A model generated the notes under the pieces. The model saw nothing but the letters and a program-made list of their open reading frames with translations, had not been told where the DNA came from and made no database searches. A program made the translations under genes and the position numbers. Positions 52,698 to 64,000 of a stretch of 64,000 bases of DNA are shown piece by piece. The stretch covers positions 173,538,001-173,602,000 of the forward strand of contig NC_042999.1 in assembly GCF_006345805.1 (NCBI RefSeq). Reading direction: 5' to 3'. The first letter of the stretch is position 1, and every line of letters starts with the position of its first letter. This DNA is from Octopus sinensis. Taxonomy: Eukaryota.

Positions 52698-52870
52698 GTT
52701 AATCCAAACAAGAAAACACAGAAAAAAACACAGCAACGCGAGGACGTGGAACAATTAAAGTATTATTTGACGCTCAGGAAAGAAGGGAAGGAGGGTTTAA
52801 CGTTTCGAGCGGAGCTCTTCGTCGGAAACAAGGAGAAGGAAAGATCCCGATAAGGGAAGACAGAGGAAAA
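52695..52870 (-). mobile_element. Penelope-like element terminal fragment
   Basis: Homologous to 11225-11415 and contains a hammerhead motif; assignment to Penelope is inferred from that motif. Confidence 0.65.
52795..52829 (-). ncRNA. Minimal type I hammerhead ribozyme motif (candidate)
   Basis: guuu-CCGACGA-a-gagc-ucc-gcuc-GAAA-CG-UU-aaac: 4-bp stem I, 4-bp stem II, palindromic ACGU stem III, U4C core variant. Confidence 0.6.
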
Positions 52871-53569
52871 AAATATTTTATATATATATGAATATGTAGG
52901 TTTTCTGCTCGTGTACCCATATCAATTAATTAATTAAAATAATAATTCGTCCGTCAATATGTGTGTATGAATGTATGTATATATGCATGTATCTATGTAT
53001 GTATGTATGTATGTACGTATGTATGTATCGATAAACGGACTCCAGAAAGTAAAAAAAAAACACAAAGATCTAAGGTTTGGTATATACGTGATATAGTGTA
53101 CGGTTAAAATAGTATAAAGTATAAATATAAAAATATTGATATAAATGTTTAATCATAACACGGTATTGTATATGTATTTCTACATTGCTATTTAAATTTT
53201 TTTCTTTTAATTTGCTATATTATTGATTGAAATCATGTGGTAATTTAATACGAAAGCAATTCCAGTCATTAGATAAGATGAAAAAAACAAAGCTTGTAAG
53301 AAGCCTCTCAGCAAAATCTCAAGTGAAACAGCTCTCCAAGAAATTAATTAAATACTAATGATTATTACTCTGCTCAGATATCGAAGTGAAGTATACCAAT
53401 AAATTTTTGCTTCGTAAACTAAATACTTGTGCTTCCTACCTTATTAAAATTGTGTTCATACACTTGTACGCAGAAGAAATTTCGAAGTCAATGTCCAACT
53501 CCTTCTTCCAAGAGTTAACAAATATGTCGTCTACTAAAAAATTCTTTATAGAGCTTGACATAAAACAAA

Positions 53570-53885
53570 TATTTAATCGACCCATAGAGGACGAGAGACA
53601 AAGTCGACCTCGTCGCAATTTGAAATCTGACTGTAAAGACGGATAAAATGCCGCTAAGTCTTTTGTCCGGAGTGCTAACGATTCTTCTACTTTGCAATAA
53701 TAATAATGATAACTGTAATAATAATAATGTATTCAAATTTAGACACAAAGCCAGAAATTTGGAGGGGTAATTCTATTATATCGATCCCAGTGTTCAATTG
53801 GTACTTATTTTATCGACCCTGCAAGGATGGAATGCACAGTCGAGCTCGGAGCAATTTGAACTCAGAATGTAAAGACGCACGAAGG
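53570..53885 (-). mobile_element. Two degenerate SINE family B fragments
   Basis: caaagtcgacctcg..atttga..ctaacgattc and ggtacttattttatcgacc blocks. Confidence 0.6.
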
Positions 53886-54009
53886 TGATGAAACCAAAGT
53901 TATAGAAATTGCATAAGTCCCCAATAAATAATGTTTTTGTAGAATTAATTTTTTTAAATTAGAAGGTGAAATATTACACAGAGTATCACTGTAGTATTAC
54001 TAATTAGGG

Positions 54010-54860
54010 TGAAGGAAACATTGAGTTGAAAGCGGTGGAACTGAAGCATTTTGACAAGGAAAGCATGAAGGATATCGACAGGAAGCAACAAACTGTGCAC
54101 AGAAGCAGACACTTATATGAATCAGATATGGACCGTTTGTACTGAAAGAAGAGGCTAATGGGACAATAGAAAACAAGTCTAGATAGTAAAAAGCAGTTTA
54201 TTGTAAGATGCACCCAAAAGTATAAAAGGGCACAAGAAAAACTGGAAAATAAGTTTAGTATTTTTCACACATAAAGAAAAAGAGAGAAAAAAGCAAGAGA
54301 TAAAAGATGAGAAGGCTTCGTAGGTTTGGTTACAGGCAGAAGTATTGAAGAAAGAGACCAGTGGAACATAAATTAAGGGCAAATGTAATTAAGAAAACAG
54401 GTCGAATATGTCTATTATTAAAAAAAAAATTAAGAAAACGTCTAAGCGACGGATTAAAGATGCTTCTCATCATGGACTAAACACTATAATTCAGCAGGAA
54501 GATAATGAAAACGATTTTGACATTAGTATCATGTGATAAAATAGTATTAACAAGAAGAAGATACCTGCGACTCAGCATGATATTTTGTTTATTTTAGGAA
54601 GCCAAAATTATGTAGCTTTCCTTCTTTTAACGAAGAAAGAATATATCAAGAAATTTGTTATAGTTGGAAATTTTATACACTGGAATATCTACCATCAGTT
54701 TACAGAGAAATGGAGTCCAAGACCAATATGCGAGATGTTATTGTTAACCAGGAGAAAAGTGTCCGTGTTTTGAAAGTATCTGCCTTAGCTGATGTAATAA
54801 ACCTTTCAGAGAAACAGAGAAATTATCTAAATATGAAGTTATCGAAGAGGAGAGAAACAT
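54010..54860 (+). mobile_element. Degenerate Dong-like LINE relic (post-RT to RLE)
   Basis: MKDIDRK..SDMDRLY, VWLQAEVLKKET, LLTKKEYIKK..GNFIHW and KTNMRDVIV align with the family B protein. Confidence 0.55.
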
Positions 54861-55260
54861 ATTTCGTTAAAATGTCACAGAATTCTAATCTCTCGCGATC
54901 ACGTGTGGATTTACTACTAAAATGCATCAACAAATTCCGGCCAAACTGAACTCAGAGCGGTTAAATATGATTAGTTTTCAAAAGAATTACTTCTATAATT
55001 GTTGAGGCACTCCAGCAGTAAATCTATATGTGAAGTTTGAAATTGAAATTCTAACCAAATATCAACAACACCTCGCAATTTATGACTTTGGTCTTGCAAG
55101 CGTATTCGTAATCTAAGTAAATTTAATCTCATTTTTCCATGCCACGGCTGACGAAATTACCACTACTTCACCACGAGATCAATTACGTTCCATGTACATT
55201 CCTACATACATACATATATATGTAAGAATGTATTTTTATGTATGTACATGTATATGCATC

Positions 55261-55355
<95 letters not shown>

Positions 55356-55799
55356 ATATATACAAATATATATATATATAAACATGCATATATACAAAAA
55401 TATACATACAAGTGTATATATATATGCACACACATACACACATACACATATACACACACATACCTCAATACTGCGGACCTCCCTTTAACGGATTTTTCGG
55501 ACGCATATCAACAACACCTCTTCACCCGGCATGGTAATTTTGGTTTTAAATCAAAAAGATTGAATTTACTGCATTAGTGTATATAATGTATATTTACAAC
55601 GTACAAGGATTTTACACTTCAGATTGGATAGCGTACTTGATTTAGAATACAGTACTGCATTTATTCCCCTCACGTTCCTAATGCAATTGTTGATATTGGC
55701 AACTTTTAACGTAACCTTAGTGTCGGTACAGACAGACAATCGGCTTCACCGTGGTACCGAGTTCTGAGTGTATGTGTGCATATATATATATATATATAC

Positions 55800-56204
55800 T
55801 CTTTACTCTTTTACTCTTTTACTTGTTTCAGTCAGTTGACTGCGGCCATGCTAGAGCACCGCCTTTAGTCGAGCAACTCAACCCCGGGACTTATTCTTTG
55901 TAAGCCCAGTACTTATTCTATCGGTCTCTTTTGCCGAACCACTAAGTGACGGGGACATAAACACACCAGCATCGGTTGTCAAGCAATGCTTGGGGGACAG
56001 ACATAGACACACAAACATACACGCACACAAATATTTATACATATATACGACGGGTTTCTTTCAGTTACCGTCTACCAAATCCACTCACAAGGCTTTGGTC
56101 GGCCCGAGGCTATAGTAGAAGACACTTGCCCAAGGTGCTACGCAGTGGGACTGAAACCGGAACCATGTGGTTGGTTAGCAAGCTACTTACCACACAGCCA
56201 CTCC

Positions 56205-56205
<1 letters not shown>
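55800..56205 (-). mobile_element. SINE family A, full length
   Basis: Homologous to 52176-52550 in reverse orientation. Confidence 0.92.
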
Positions 56206-56206
<1 letters not shown>

Positions 56207-56247
<41 letters not shown>

Positions 56248-56583
56248 GTGTGTGTGCGAATGTGTGTGTATGTATATCTGTCTTGCGGCTTTTTTTATAT
56301 AATTTGGTTAATCTACGTATATAAAGATATATCGCCACAGACTTTGTTTGATAGAACACTTTAGCTAGATTCCTGGTTTAGTAAGCATATCTATAATATA
56401 TGAAGAGTAATTATGCTGAAGCATTTCAAATATATATATATATATATATTCCAGGTTTGTGCTCTGAGTTCAAATGTCAGCTTTACCTTCCACCAGTTCA
56501 GGGTCGATAAAATAAGTACCAGTTGAGTAATGAGGTTGATGTAATCGAGTAGCCTCTCCTACAAAATTCAGAACTTGCCTGCA

Positions 56584-56615
<32 letters not shown>

Positions 56616-56887
56616 ACACACACACACACACATACACACACACACACACACACATACACACACACACATACACACACATGCAGACACACATATATGTACG
56701 AGAGGGGTGCTGAAAAGTTCCTGCATTTAAGGGTATCGCGAAACGGCTGGTTGGAGGGCAAACCTTTCACACGACTTAGAAAAACTGAAGGACCGCTGCT
56801 GCGTGTGAATGTGAAGGGCGAATATGCTGAAGATTTTTATCCTTATTTTCTCTTATCCAAAGAACTCTCTTACATACATGTGTGTGT

Positions 56888-56921
<34 letters not shown>

Positions 56922-57108
56922 AAAGAGAGTGTGTGTGTGTGTGTGTGTATCTGTCTTTTAGCTTTTTTTTTGTATAATTTGTTTAATCTACGTATATAAA
57001 GATAAATCGCCACAGACTTTCTTTGATAGAACACTTTTGCTAGATTCTTGGTTTAGTATGCAAGCATATCTATAATATATGAAGAGTAATTTCGTTGAAG
57101 CATTTCAA
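56207..57108 (+). repeat. ~220-bp local direct duplication (56207-56428 and 56888-57108)
   Basis: Shared aatctacgtatataaagata.atcgccacagacttt.tttgatagaacacttt..gaagcatttcaa. Confidence 0.85.
56697..56830 (+). mobile_element. Mariner-type terminal fragment
   Basis: tacgagaggggtgctgaaaagttcc TIR-like start next to TA. Confidence 0.5.
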
Positions 57109-57354
57109 GTACACATCATCCTGTATTTGCTGGCGCACTGTAGTAGTAAATCTATCCACGAGAGAGTTAGATTAGGATTCATTGACGTTTTAAACAAATT
57201 TTGACAGTTTGCATGCTAGGGTGGCTCTGCTCACGCGAATGAGTTCGTACTTTGAGTAAAGTCAATCTTTTCGTCACCCTGCTCAGCTGGCAATAAACTT
57301 GTAAAAAACACTTCCATTCTTTCACGAAATATATTATATTACAAACATATATGA

Positions 57355-57429
<75 letters not shown>

Positions 57430-57456
57430 CATGCATATATATGTATATATATATAT

Positions 57457-57507
<51 letters not shown>

Positions 57508-57536
57508 TGTATATATATATACACACACACAAACAT

Positions 57537-57587
<51 letters not shown>

Positions 57588-57976
57588 TATATATACATAT
57601 ATGTGTGCATGTATATGTATGTATGTACTACGTATGTATGTAAAAATGCTACTTTCAAACGAATAAATTTTCTCCTGATTTTTGTAATATATGCGCAGTT
57701 AGTTTGCTAATAAGATATTAGTTTAAAATGCATAAAGCTATTGGACAGCACAATCTTCCTTTCTTTTTCTAACACTTTATACTTTACAATACTTTTCTAT
57801 GATTTTGCTTAGAATAAAACATTTCGAAAGCTGGTGTGATGTCTAATTTTTTGTGACAATTTATATTATTCACACTCACGTATATTTGATTTAATGCATT
57901 TTTTTCATAGTTGTTATATAACTGAGATGTACTTGCATAGCAAGTGATTTGATTTGAGATCATGTGCTGGAACGAA

Positions 57977-58255
57977 AACAATTGCAGCGTGGAAGGTATT
58001 TGTAAGCCATTTAAGATACACACAAAAGCCGTTCGATTCACTTCAACATTTAAGTTTAATTTGTCAAAATATTTTCGTCGCTATAAGACCGCGACCTGTT
58101 CACTGAGATGCAGCACGGATTTTTGTCAGTGAACAGGTCGCGGTCTCATAGTGACGAAAATATTTTGACAAATTAAACTTAAATGTTGAAGTGAATCGAA
58201 CGGCTTTTGTGTGTTTCTTAAATGGCTTACAAACACCTTCCTCGCTGCAATTGTT
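57977..58255. repeat. Fold-back: 130-bp arms, 19-bp spacer
   Basis: 57977-58106 versus the reverse complement of 58126-58255, 5 mismatches. Confidence 0.92.
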
Positions 58256-58529
58256 ATATAACTTCCAATAAAATAATCAAGCAATGATCGAAGCAATGAA
58301 GGGACCTTCACTCCCTCAATCGGTCTACTACAAATATCAGATATAGCGCTTTCAAGTCTCATTCAACGTACTTAATACAAGGAAGGGCACTCACAACGAT
58401 GTTTTCCTGGATATACAAAACGACGCGACGGCATTTCTTTGTCTTCGACTATAGGGCTGTTTGATGAGATGGAACAGCGAGATGAAAGAGAACATCAACT
58501 AAATAATTTGATATTTTGTATACAATTTT

Positions 58530-58970
58530 AAGGCGGTGTGCTGGCAGAATCGTCAGCATGCCGGACAAAATGCTTCTTCCGCTGGAGTCGACTTTAGCTT
58601 TCATCCCTCCGGATTCGATAAAATAAGTAGAATTGGAGTCGATTTAATCGACTTACGAAATTGCCAAAATTTGAAGCCAATATGTTTGTATATAACTGAA
58701 GGCGCGAATCCTAGCATTTAGGGTGTTTCACTTTCGATCGCCAGACTGTGATTTTGATAACCGAACCGTGCGGTGCGCTACGTTCTTGAACAAAACACGT
58801 CATTTCACCTTGCTCCGGTTTACTTAGCTGTGACTAACCCTGCGACGAACAGGCCTCCCATTCAGGGAGAATGTCATTACCTAGATCACATATACGCCGC
58901 GGAAACCGGATAAATGGCCCTGAGAGTCCTATGATGCGACGCAATCATGTCCAGAACTTGATGATGATGA
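58530..58970 (+). mobile_element. Degenerate SINE family B copy followed by a SINE with an RTE-like tail
   Basis: aaggcggtgtgctggcagaatcg..; then cctgcgacg..cccattcaggg..tacgccgcggaaaccgg ending in (GAT)n. Confidence 0.6.
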
Positions 58971-59249
58971 TAATGATGATAGTGAAGATTCAATAATCAG
59001 CTTTTAATGTCGGGAAGCTTTCAGACGAATGCGATTATTGTAGGACTGCTCTTCATATACTAATTCGAAGGAAGATTAAATCACCAAAGTGGTTTCTAAT
59101 AGCTGTTCCAAGAACCCATGCAAAAAATTCGATTCAGCGACAGACAGAAAATTTACCAAAAAGCTGTCTGTTTTAAAATGTTGCCACTGTCTATACGAGA
59201 TGATTTTATATTATCTGTTTCTTCGTGGAATGGTTTCTATAAGAGTTCA

Positions 59250-60060
59250 TTTTTAGGACCGGTGCTGATGTAATTTTGCTAGCTACAACATCCCATCAAT
59301 TACATGTGCTCTGGCTGCACACAATAATATATCATGTTTTTTGTATATGACATATACAAATAACATCAGTATATCACCAAACATTTTTCATATAAGGTAC
59401 TATTTATTTTCAGGTTCATATCCAGTTTTGTGTTTTTTCTGTCAGTTCCTTCACCACACTTATCCTCAGTTAGCCCTCATCAAGCATATCTATCATCAAA
59501 GGCTTTCTAACCGTAACCAGCTTGTCTTTCTTTGTTTGATACATCCTTATCCACCATGTTATTACATTATGAATCACGTTCGGAGTGTATTACGTGTTGA
59601 TCTACATCTTGAACTGTTGTGAAGAGACTGATAAATTGGCTACGCACTACTTCATGGTATTCTCCATCTACTTCTACTTATAGGCAGCGTATAAGGATAC
59701 AGAATCACATTTTCTCTGAGTTCTAGTTAATGTTATTCTGTATCTACAACTGTTATAACATTTCTTCCAACCTTTTAAACTCTATCTCGCTCTTTAACTA
59801 TTACATTATTTAGGCTATTATTCGCGGCCACAACCCTACGATTCTTTCTCTTGCAATGTTTCCTTTGCACAAAATATTTTTCTCTGTGGTAACTATCTTA
59901 TTCTGTTCTATTCATTTCATCGGCATTATATTCTGCGCTGTAATATGTCATCTCTATCTTGTAATCTCGTATATCACATCAATGATATTTAGCCACATGC
60001 CTTGTTGCCAACTTGCTTGTTCACTTTGAATACTATGACCTTTGTGCCACTGTCTCTTCC
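59250..60060 (-). mobile_element. Possible ancient RTE-like LINE relic (endonuclease region)
   Basis: Purine-rich antisense strand with weak motif remnants only. Confidence 0.25.
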
Positions 60061-61139
60061 AGGCAAACGGAATTATAACGTGCAGAACCATATTTTGCGA
60101 AGGATTTACAATTTTGTTTGAAGCATATATGTGTGGCTATTGTGCATGTGTCTATTGTACATATGCTACATAACAAATTCTCTCTCTAGAGAAAACTGAA
60201 CATTCTGGAGAATTCAATTGATTCACTCAATACATTAGATTAGATTTTTTATAAACTAGTCGTAAAAAGAACAGCATGGACAAGGGTACAAGTAAAAAGG
60301 CAGTAATGAAGATAATTGTCAATAGTGCAGACTGCTACTTTCGAGTATCTATCATTTCCTTTTACGTGGTGCGTTGGCAAGTTAGCTAAGAAAGTCGAAG
60401 ATCACTTATTTGGTTATGATCTGTTCTACTTTCTGCATAATGAAATGCATCTGGGATTTTTAATAGGAAGCAATAAGAATAACCTATACATATAAATTCC
60501 TTATGTAAGTTCAACTGAAAAATATTTTATATAAAGAATATAGTATTAGTTAATGTGTTTCACAGAGATGTCTGTCATCATAAAGCAAATCACATTACCT
60601 CAAGAGTGTCTACTTCCGTGTTGTAATATTTTTGTAATTATTGATGCAATATATTGCAGATAGCTTCTAACATGAGAGCGACAGCTGTTTATAGTATAAT
60701 TGTCTAAATGTGTGCGTGTGTGTGTGTGTGTTGTGAATAACACCTGATAATAAAAGCTGTATGTATTCATACACACACACGCACGCATACACACACATAC
60801 ACACAGATATATATATATATATATATTTATATACATATATATGGTTGTATATCTATATGTCTATATACATATCATTTTGTCAAAAAAAAAACTTTCTCCT
60901 TTGGCGAATTCATTCCATTACAACCATTTCAATAACATCTCATTCTTCTGGTGTTGATACTAGACGAACAAGTAAATGTCTACACATTCCTGAGTGTATT
61001 CTGCCTCTTAGACATACGAGAGAGCAAAAGTACAAAACTCCAAATAGTTAACGATTAAATCACTTGCTAATTACTAGCATGGTTACAAACTCAGGGTCCT
61101 ACCACAATTTACTAAAATCTTACTTAATATACTCTTTAT

Positions 61140-61384
61140 TCTTACTCTTTTACTCTTTTACTTGTTTCAGTCATTTGACTGCGGCCATGCTGGAGCACCG
61201 CCTCTAGTCGAGAAAATCGACCCCGGGAATTATTCGTTGTAAGCCTAGTACTTATTCTATCGGTTTCTTTTGCCGAACCGCTAAGTGACGGGGACGTAAA
61301 CACACCAGCATCGGTTGTCAAGCAATGCTAGGGAGCCAAACAGACACACAAACACACACACACATACATACATACATATATATA
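61140..61384 (-). mobile_element. 3' half of a SINE family A copy, split by LINE insertion
   Basis: Tail and body present up to the internal CA/TA microsatellite, where the LINE 3' end begins. Confidence 0.85.
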
Positions 61385-64000
61385 TACTTTGATACTTTGA
61401 TAGGTTTCGGCCATTATTGGCCCAGGCCATGTCTAACTTAATAGCACCACCTGGTGAAGTCTTTCAAGTCAGAATTTGGGCACTATGGCCCACTCAAGTA
61501 GAGAGTTATTGTTTACAGAGACATATCCGGGTGTAGGGGGTTTATCCGGGATTTCTTGAAGGAATCTGTCCAAAGACTTCTTGAACCCTATAGGGTCAGT
61601 TTCTGTTTTAATGTGTTTTGGTGTAATGTTAAAGAGAGCGGGGCCAATTGAGGTGAAATAATTGTGCCGTATTGTTGTTATGAGATGAGAGTGCGATTTT
61701 TCTTTTGGGCGGATGGCACGGGGCCCAAGCCTTGGATGTACCTTAAAGGTGATGCCAACATCATTTGGGCAATGCTGATGGAATATTTTCCACATCATGC
61801 AGATGATGTAGCGCTCACGACGACGTTGGAGAGAATAGAGTTTTAGCTTTTCTAGTCGACCCCAATAGTCGAGGCCTGTCATGCCATCTATCTTTTTTGT
61901 GATTGCCCTTTGAGGTGCTTCAACTTTTATGATACCTTGTATTGTGTGGGGAGACCACAGTGGACAACAGTATTCAAGGTGGGGTCGGGCAAAGGTGGAG
62001 AAGAGAAGGATAATGGTGTGGATATCTCTCGACTGGAAAGTTCTGAGAATCCAGGAACACATTCTGCGGGCCATGTCAACTTTGGTGTTTATATGAGTGG
62101 CCCAGCTTATGTTGTTGTCCACAATTACTCCCAGGTCTCTGATGTTGTTGGACGCCGCGAGAGTTTCACCTGAAGGAAGGGAGTATGGGAGTTTCAGGGC
62201 ATCCTCTTTTCCAAAGTGGATTAGCTCAAATTTATCCTCGTTCAGCAGCATATTGTTTTTTTCTGCCCATTGGATAACAGCCAGTAGATCTGACTGAAGG
62301 CATGTCCGGTCAATCGCCTCATTTATGACCTTCTGTAGCTTGGAGTCATCTGCAAAGATTTTTATGTTGCTGTGCTTGATGATGTCATTAATGTCATTAA
62401 TGTAAATGATTAAAAGAAGTGGGCCCAGCACAGTGCCTTGCGGAACGCCACTACTGACTTTGGCTGGGCTTGATTTTACCCCTTCAACTACATGTTGAGA
62501 TCTGTCTGTCAGGAAACACTTGATCCATTTCAGTAACTTTCCAGAGACACCAATGTTGGATAGTTTTTTCAATAGGATATTGTGATCGACCCTGTCGAAG
62601 GCCTTACTGAAATCAAGGTAGATGACATCGGTGTTGGAGCCCTCTCCCAAAGCTCTCAAAATGTCCTCAAAGTGATGCAGGAGCTGCGTTAGGCAGTCCC
62701 TTCCATTACGGAACCCATGTTGGTTGGAGATCAGTCGTCTGTTGCTTTCCAGAAATTGGGTTATTCGAGATCTCACCACCCTCTCAAATACCTTGATGAT
62801 ATGAGAGGTGAGTGAGATCGGACGGTAATTCACTGCAAGGGACTTGTTTCCCTTTTTGAAAACTGGGACAACAGACTGGGACAGAAGGTTTTTTGGAATA
62901 TAGCCAGCATCCAGTGAGTTTCTCCACAGATTAGCAAGGGGAGATGCAAGTTGGTGTCGACACACCTTCAGGACACAAGCAGGGAACCTATCGGGGCCTA
63001 CTGCTGAATTGTGTTTCATTTCGTTTATCGCCGCTAAGACATCAGGGGCACTAAACGTTATGTCCGATATAGTGTGTTGGGGGTTGACATCACTGATACA
63101 GCCCAGATCGGCCATATCAGGATTGCTGAAAACAGAGCAGTATTGTTTCTGCAGTATCTCGGCCATGGATTTGGCATTATCTTGGAGAGTGCCAGTTTCG
63201 TCAATTAGAGGGCCTACAGTGGAGACAGTGACCCTGCGTTTCCTCGCAAATGAAAAGAACACTTTGGGGTTGAGTTTGATTTTTTCAATGGCCCACTTCT
63301 CCTCAGCTGATCTTTGGTTATTGATGAGGGTCTTCATGCATTGTTGGAGGTTATATTTTTTGGATTCAAGCAGTGCGATAGCCGTCGAATGTGTGTGTTG
63401 CTGTTGGCAGTACTTTAGTTTGTTAATTTTTTTGTTTGTTCTTTTTATTTTTCTGATAATGGTTTTTCTGTTTTGGGGGATTCTGCACTTTTTGTTCACA
63501 GGTCTTGGTGGGGAGTGTTTTGCACATATGTCTGTGACGGTGTCTACAAAGATCTGCCAAGATTTTTTATGGTTGGTGGAGATGTGTGTATGTGTAAAGG
63601 ACCAGTCAACATGTGATAGCTCGTTCCTGATTGCATCCCAGTTGGCATTATGGAGATCCATGTTGTCAAATGGGTGGGCTGGAAGAAGGTCTGAAAGAAG
63701 GGTTTTTTCCACTGTAACGTTATGTATAGTGTTAGTGTGGTTACTAAACACTAGGTCCAAAATGTTCTGATGTCTTGTTGGTGCAAGGACAAGTTGGGAC
63801 AAGAAAAACTCATTCATAAAGTCGAAAAGTGACTCTGCTGCTTCTTAGTCAGCGGTTGAGGCGGGAGTACTTGGTTTCAAACAGTTTGTAGTCCAGTCAA
63901 CACAGGGTAGATTGAAGTCTCCCATCATGAGTATGTTGCTAGAATGGCACTGTTGAATAAAGCACTTAATGCTGTTGAGGCATTCTTTAAAGCACAGTAT
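61385..64000 (-). mobile_element. CR1/L2-group LINE running off the window end
   Basis: APE C-terminus (MGDFNLP, ILDLVFSN), full RT, 3' UTR stem-loop and (TATCAAAG)2 tail. Confidence 0.95.
61469..64000 (-). pseudogene. LINE ORF2 (APE-RT), partial; one in-frame stop and an APE deletion
   Basis: 782-aa frame with NYRPISLTS, LDFSKAFD, GVPQGTVLGPLL, FADDSK, HLEYCCPLWSP. The frame continues upstream past a TAA at 63845-63847. The APE-terminal SDH motif reads SDL. Confidence 0.92.

Noticed and set aside
53440-53533. Candidate minus-strand exon VDDIFVNSWKKELDIDFEISSAYKCMNT
   Set aside because: Weak acceptor, no recognisable domain, adjacent to SINE fragments.
63009-63770. 253-aa plus-strand ORF (likewise 2116-2379, 41601-41930, 50344-50802)
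   Set aside because: Antisense shadows of LINE coding sequence.

Overview
AT-rich eukaryotic DNA, very dense in microsatellites and transposable elements. The repeat families point to a coleoid cephalopod, most likely Octopus; this is recognition of the repeats, not a database match. I cannot support any host protein-coding gene, rRNA, true tRNA or CRISPR array. All long ORFs belong to non-LTR retrotransposons. There is a near-full-length R4/Dong-clade element (RT + CCHC + restriction-like endonuclease, 41495-45392, three single-base frameshifts) inside a (TAA)n tract, plus six further Dong-like fragments or relics. There are also two CR1/L2-group LINEs (1987-3076 and 61385 to the window end) and an internally deleted Tx1/L1-like element. 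Around them lie many tRNA-derived SINEs, mariner relics, MITE/fold-back elements and Helitron-like non-autonomous elements. Most notable observations: (i) TAA-microsatellite-targeted Dong insertions stacked in the same arrays; (ii) a 3' tail shared by a SINE and a LINE whose stem-loop shows compensatory base-pair changes; (iii) several Penelope-type minimal hammerhead-ribozyme motifs, one nearly intact; (iv) many long inverted repeats, including a spacer-less 228-bp palindrome and a 111-bp pair 2.3 kb apart; (v) a few orphan strong splice signals that could mark exons of a large host gene.
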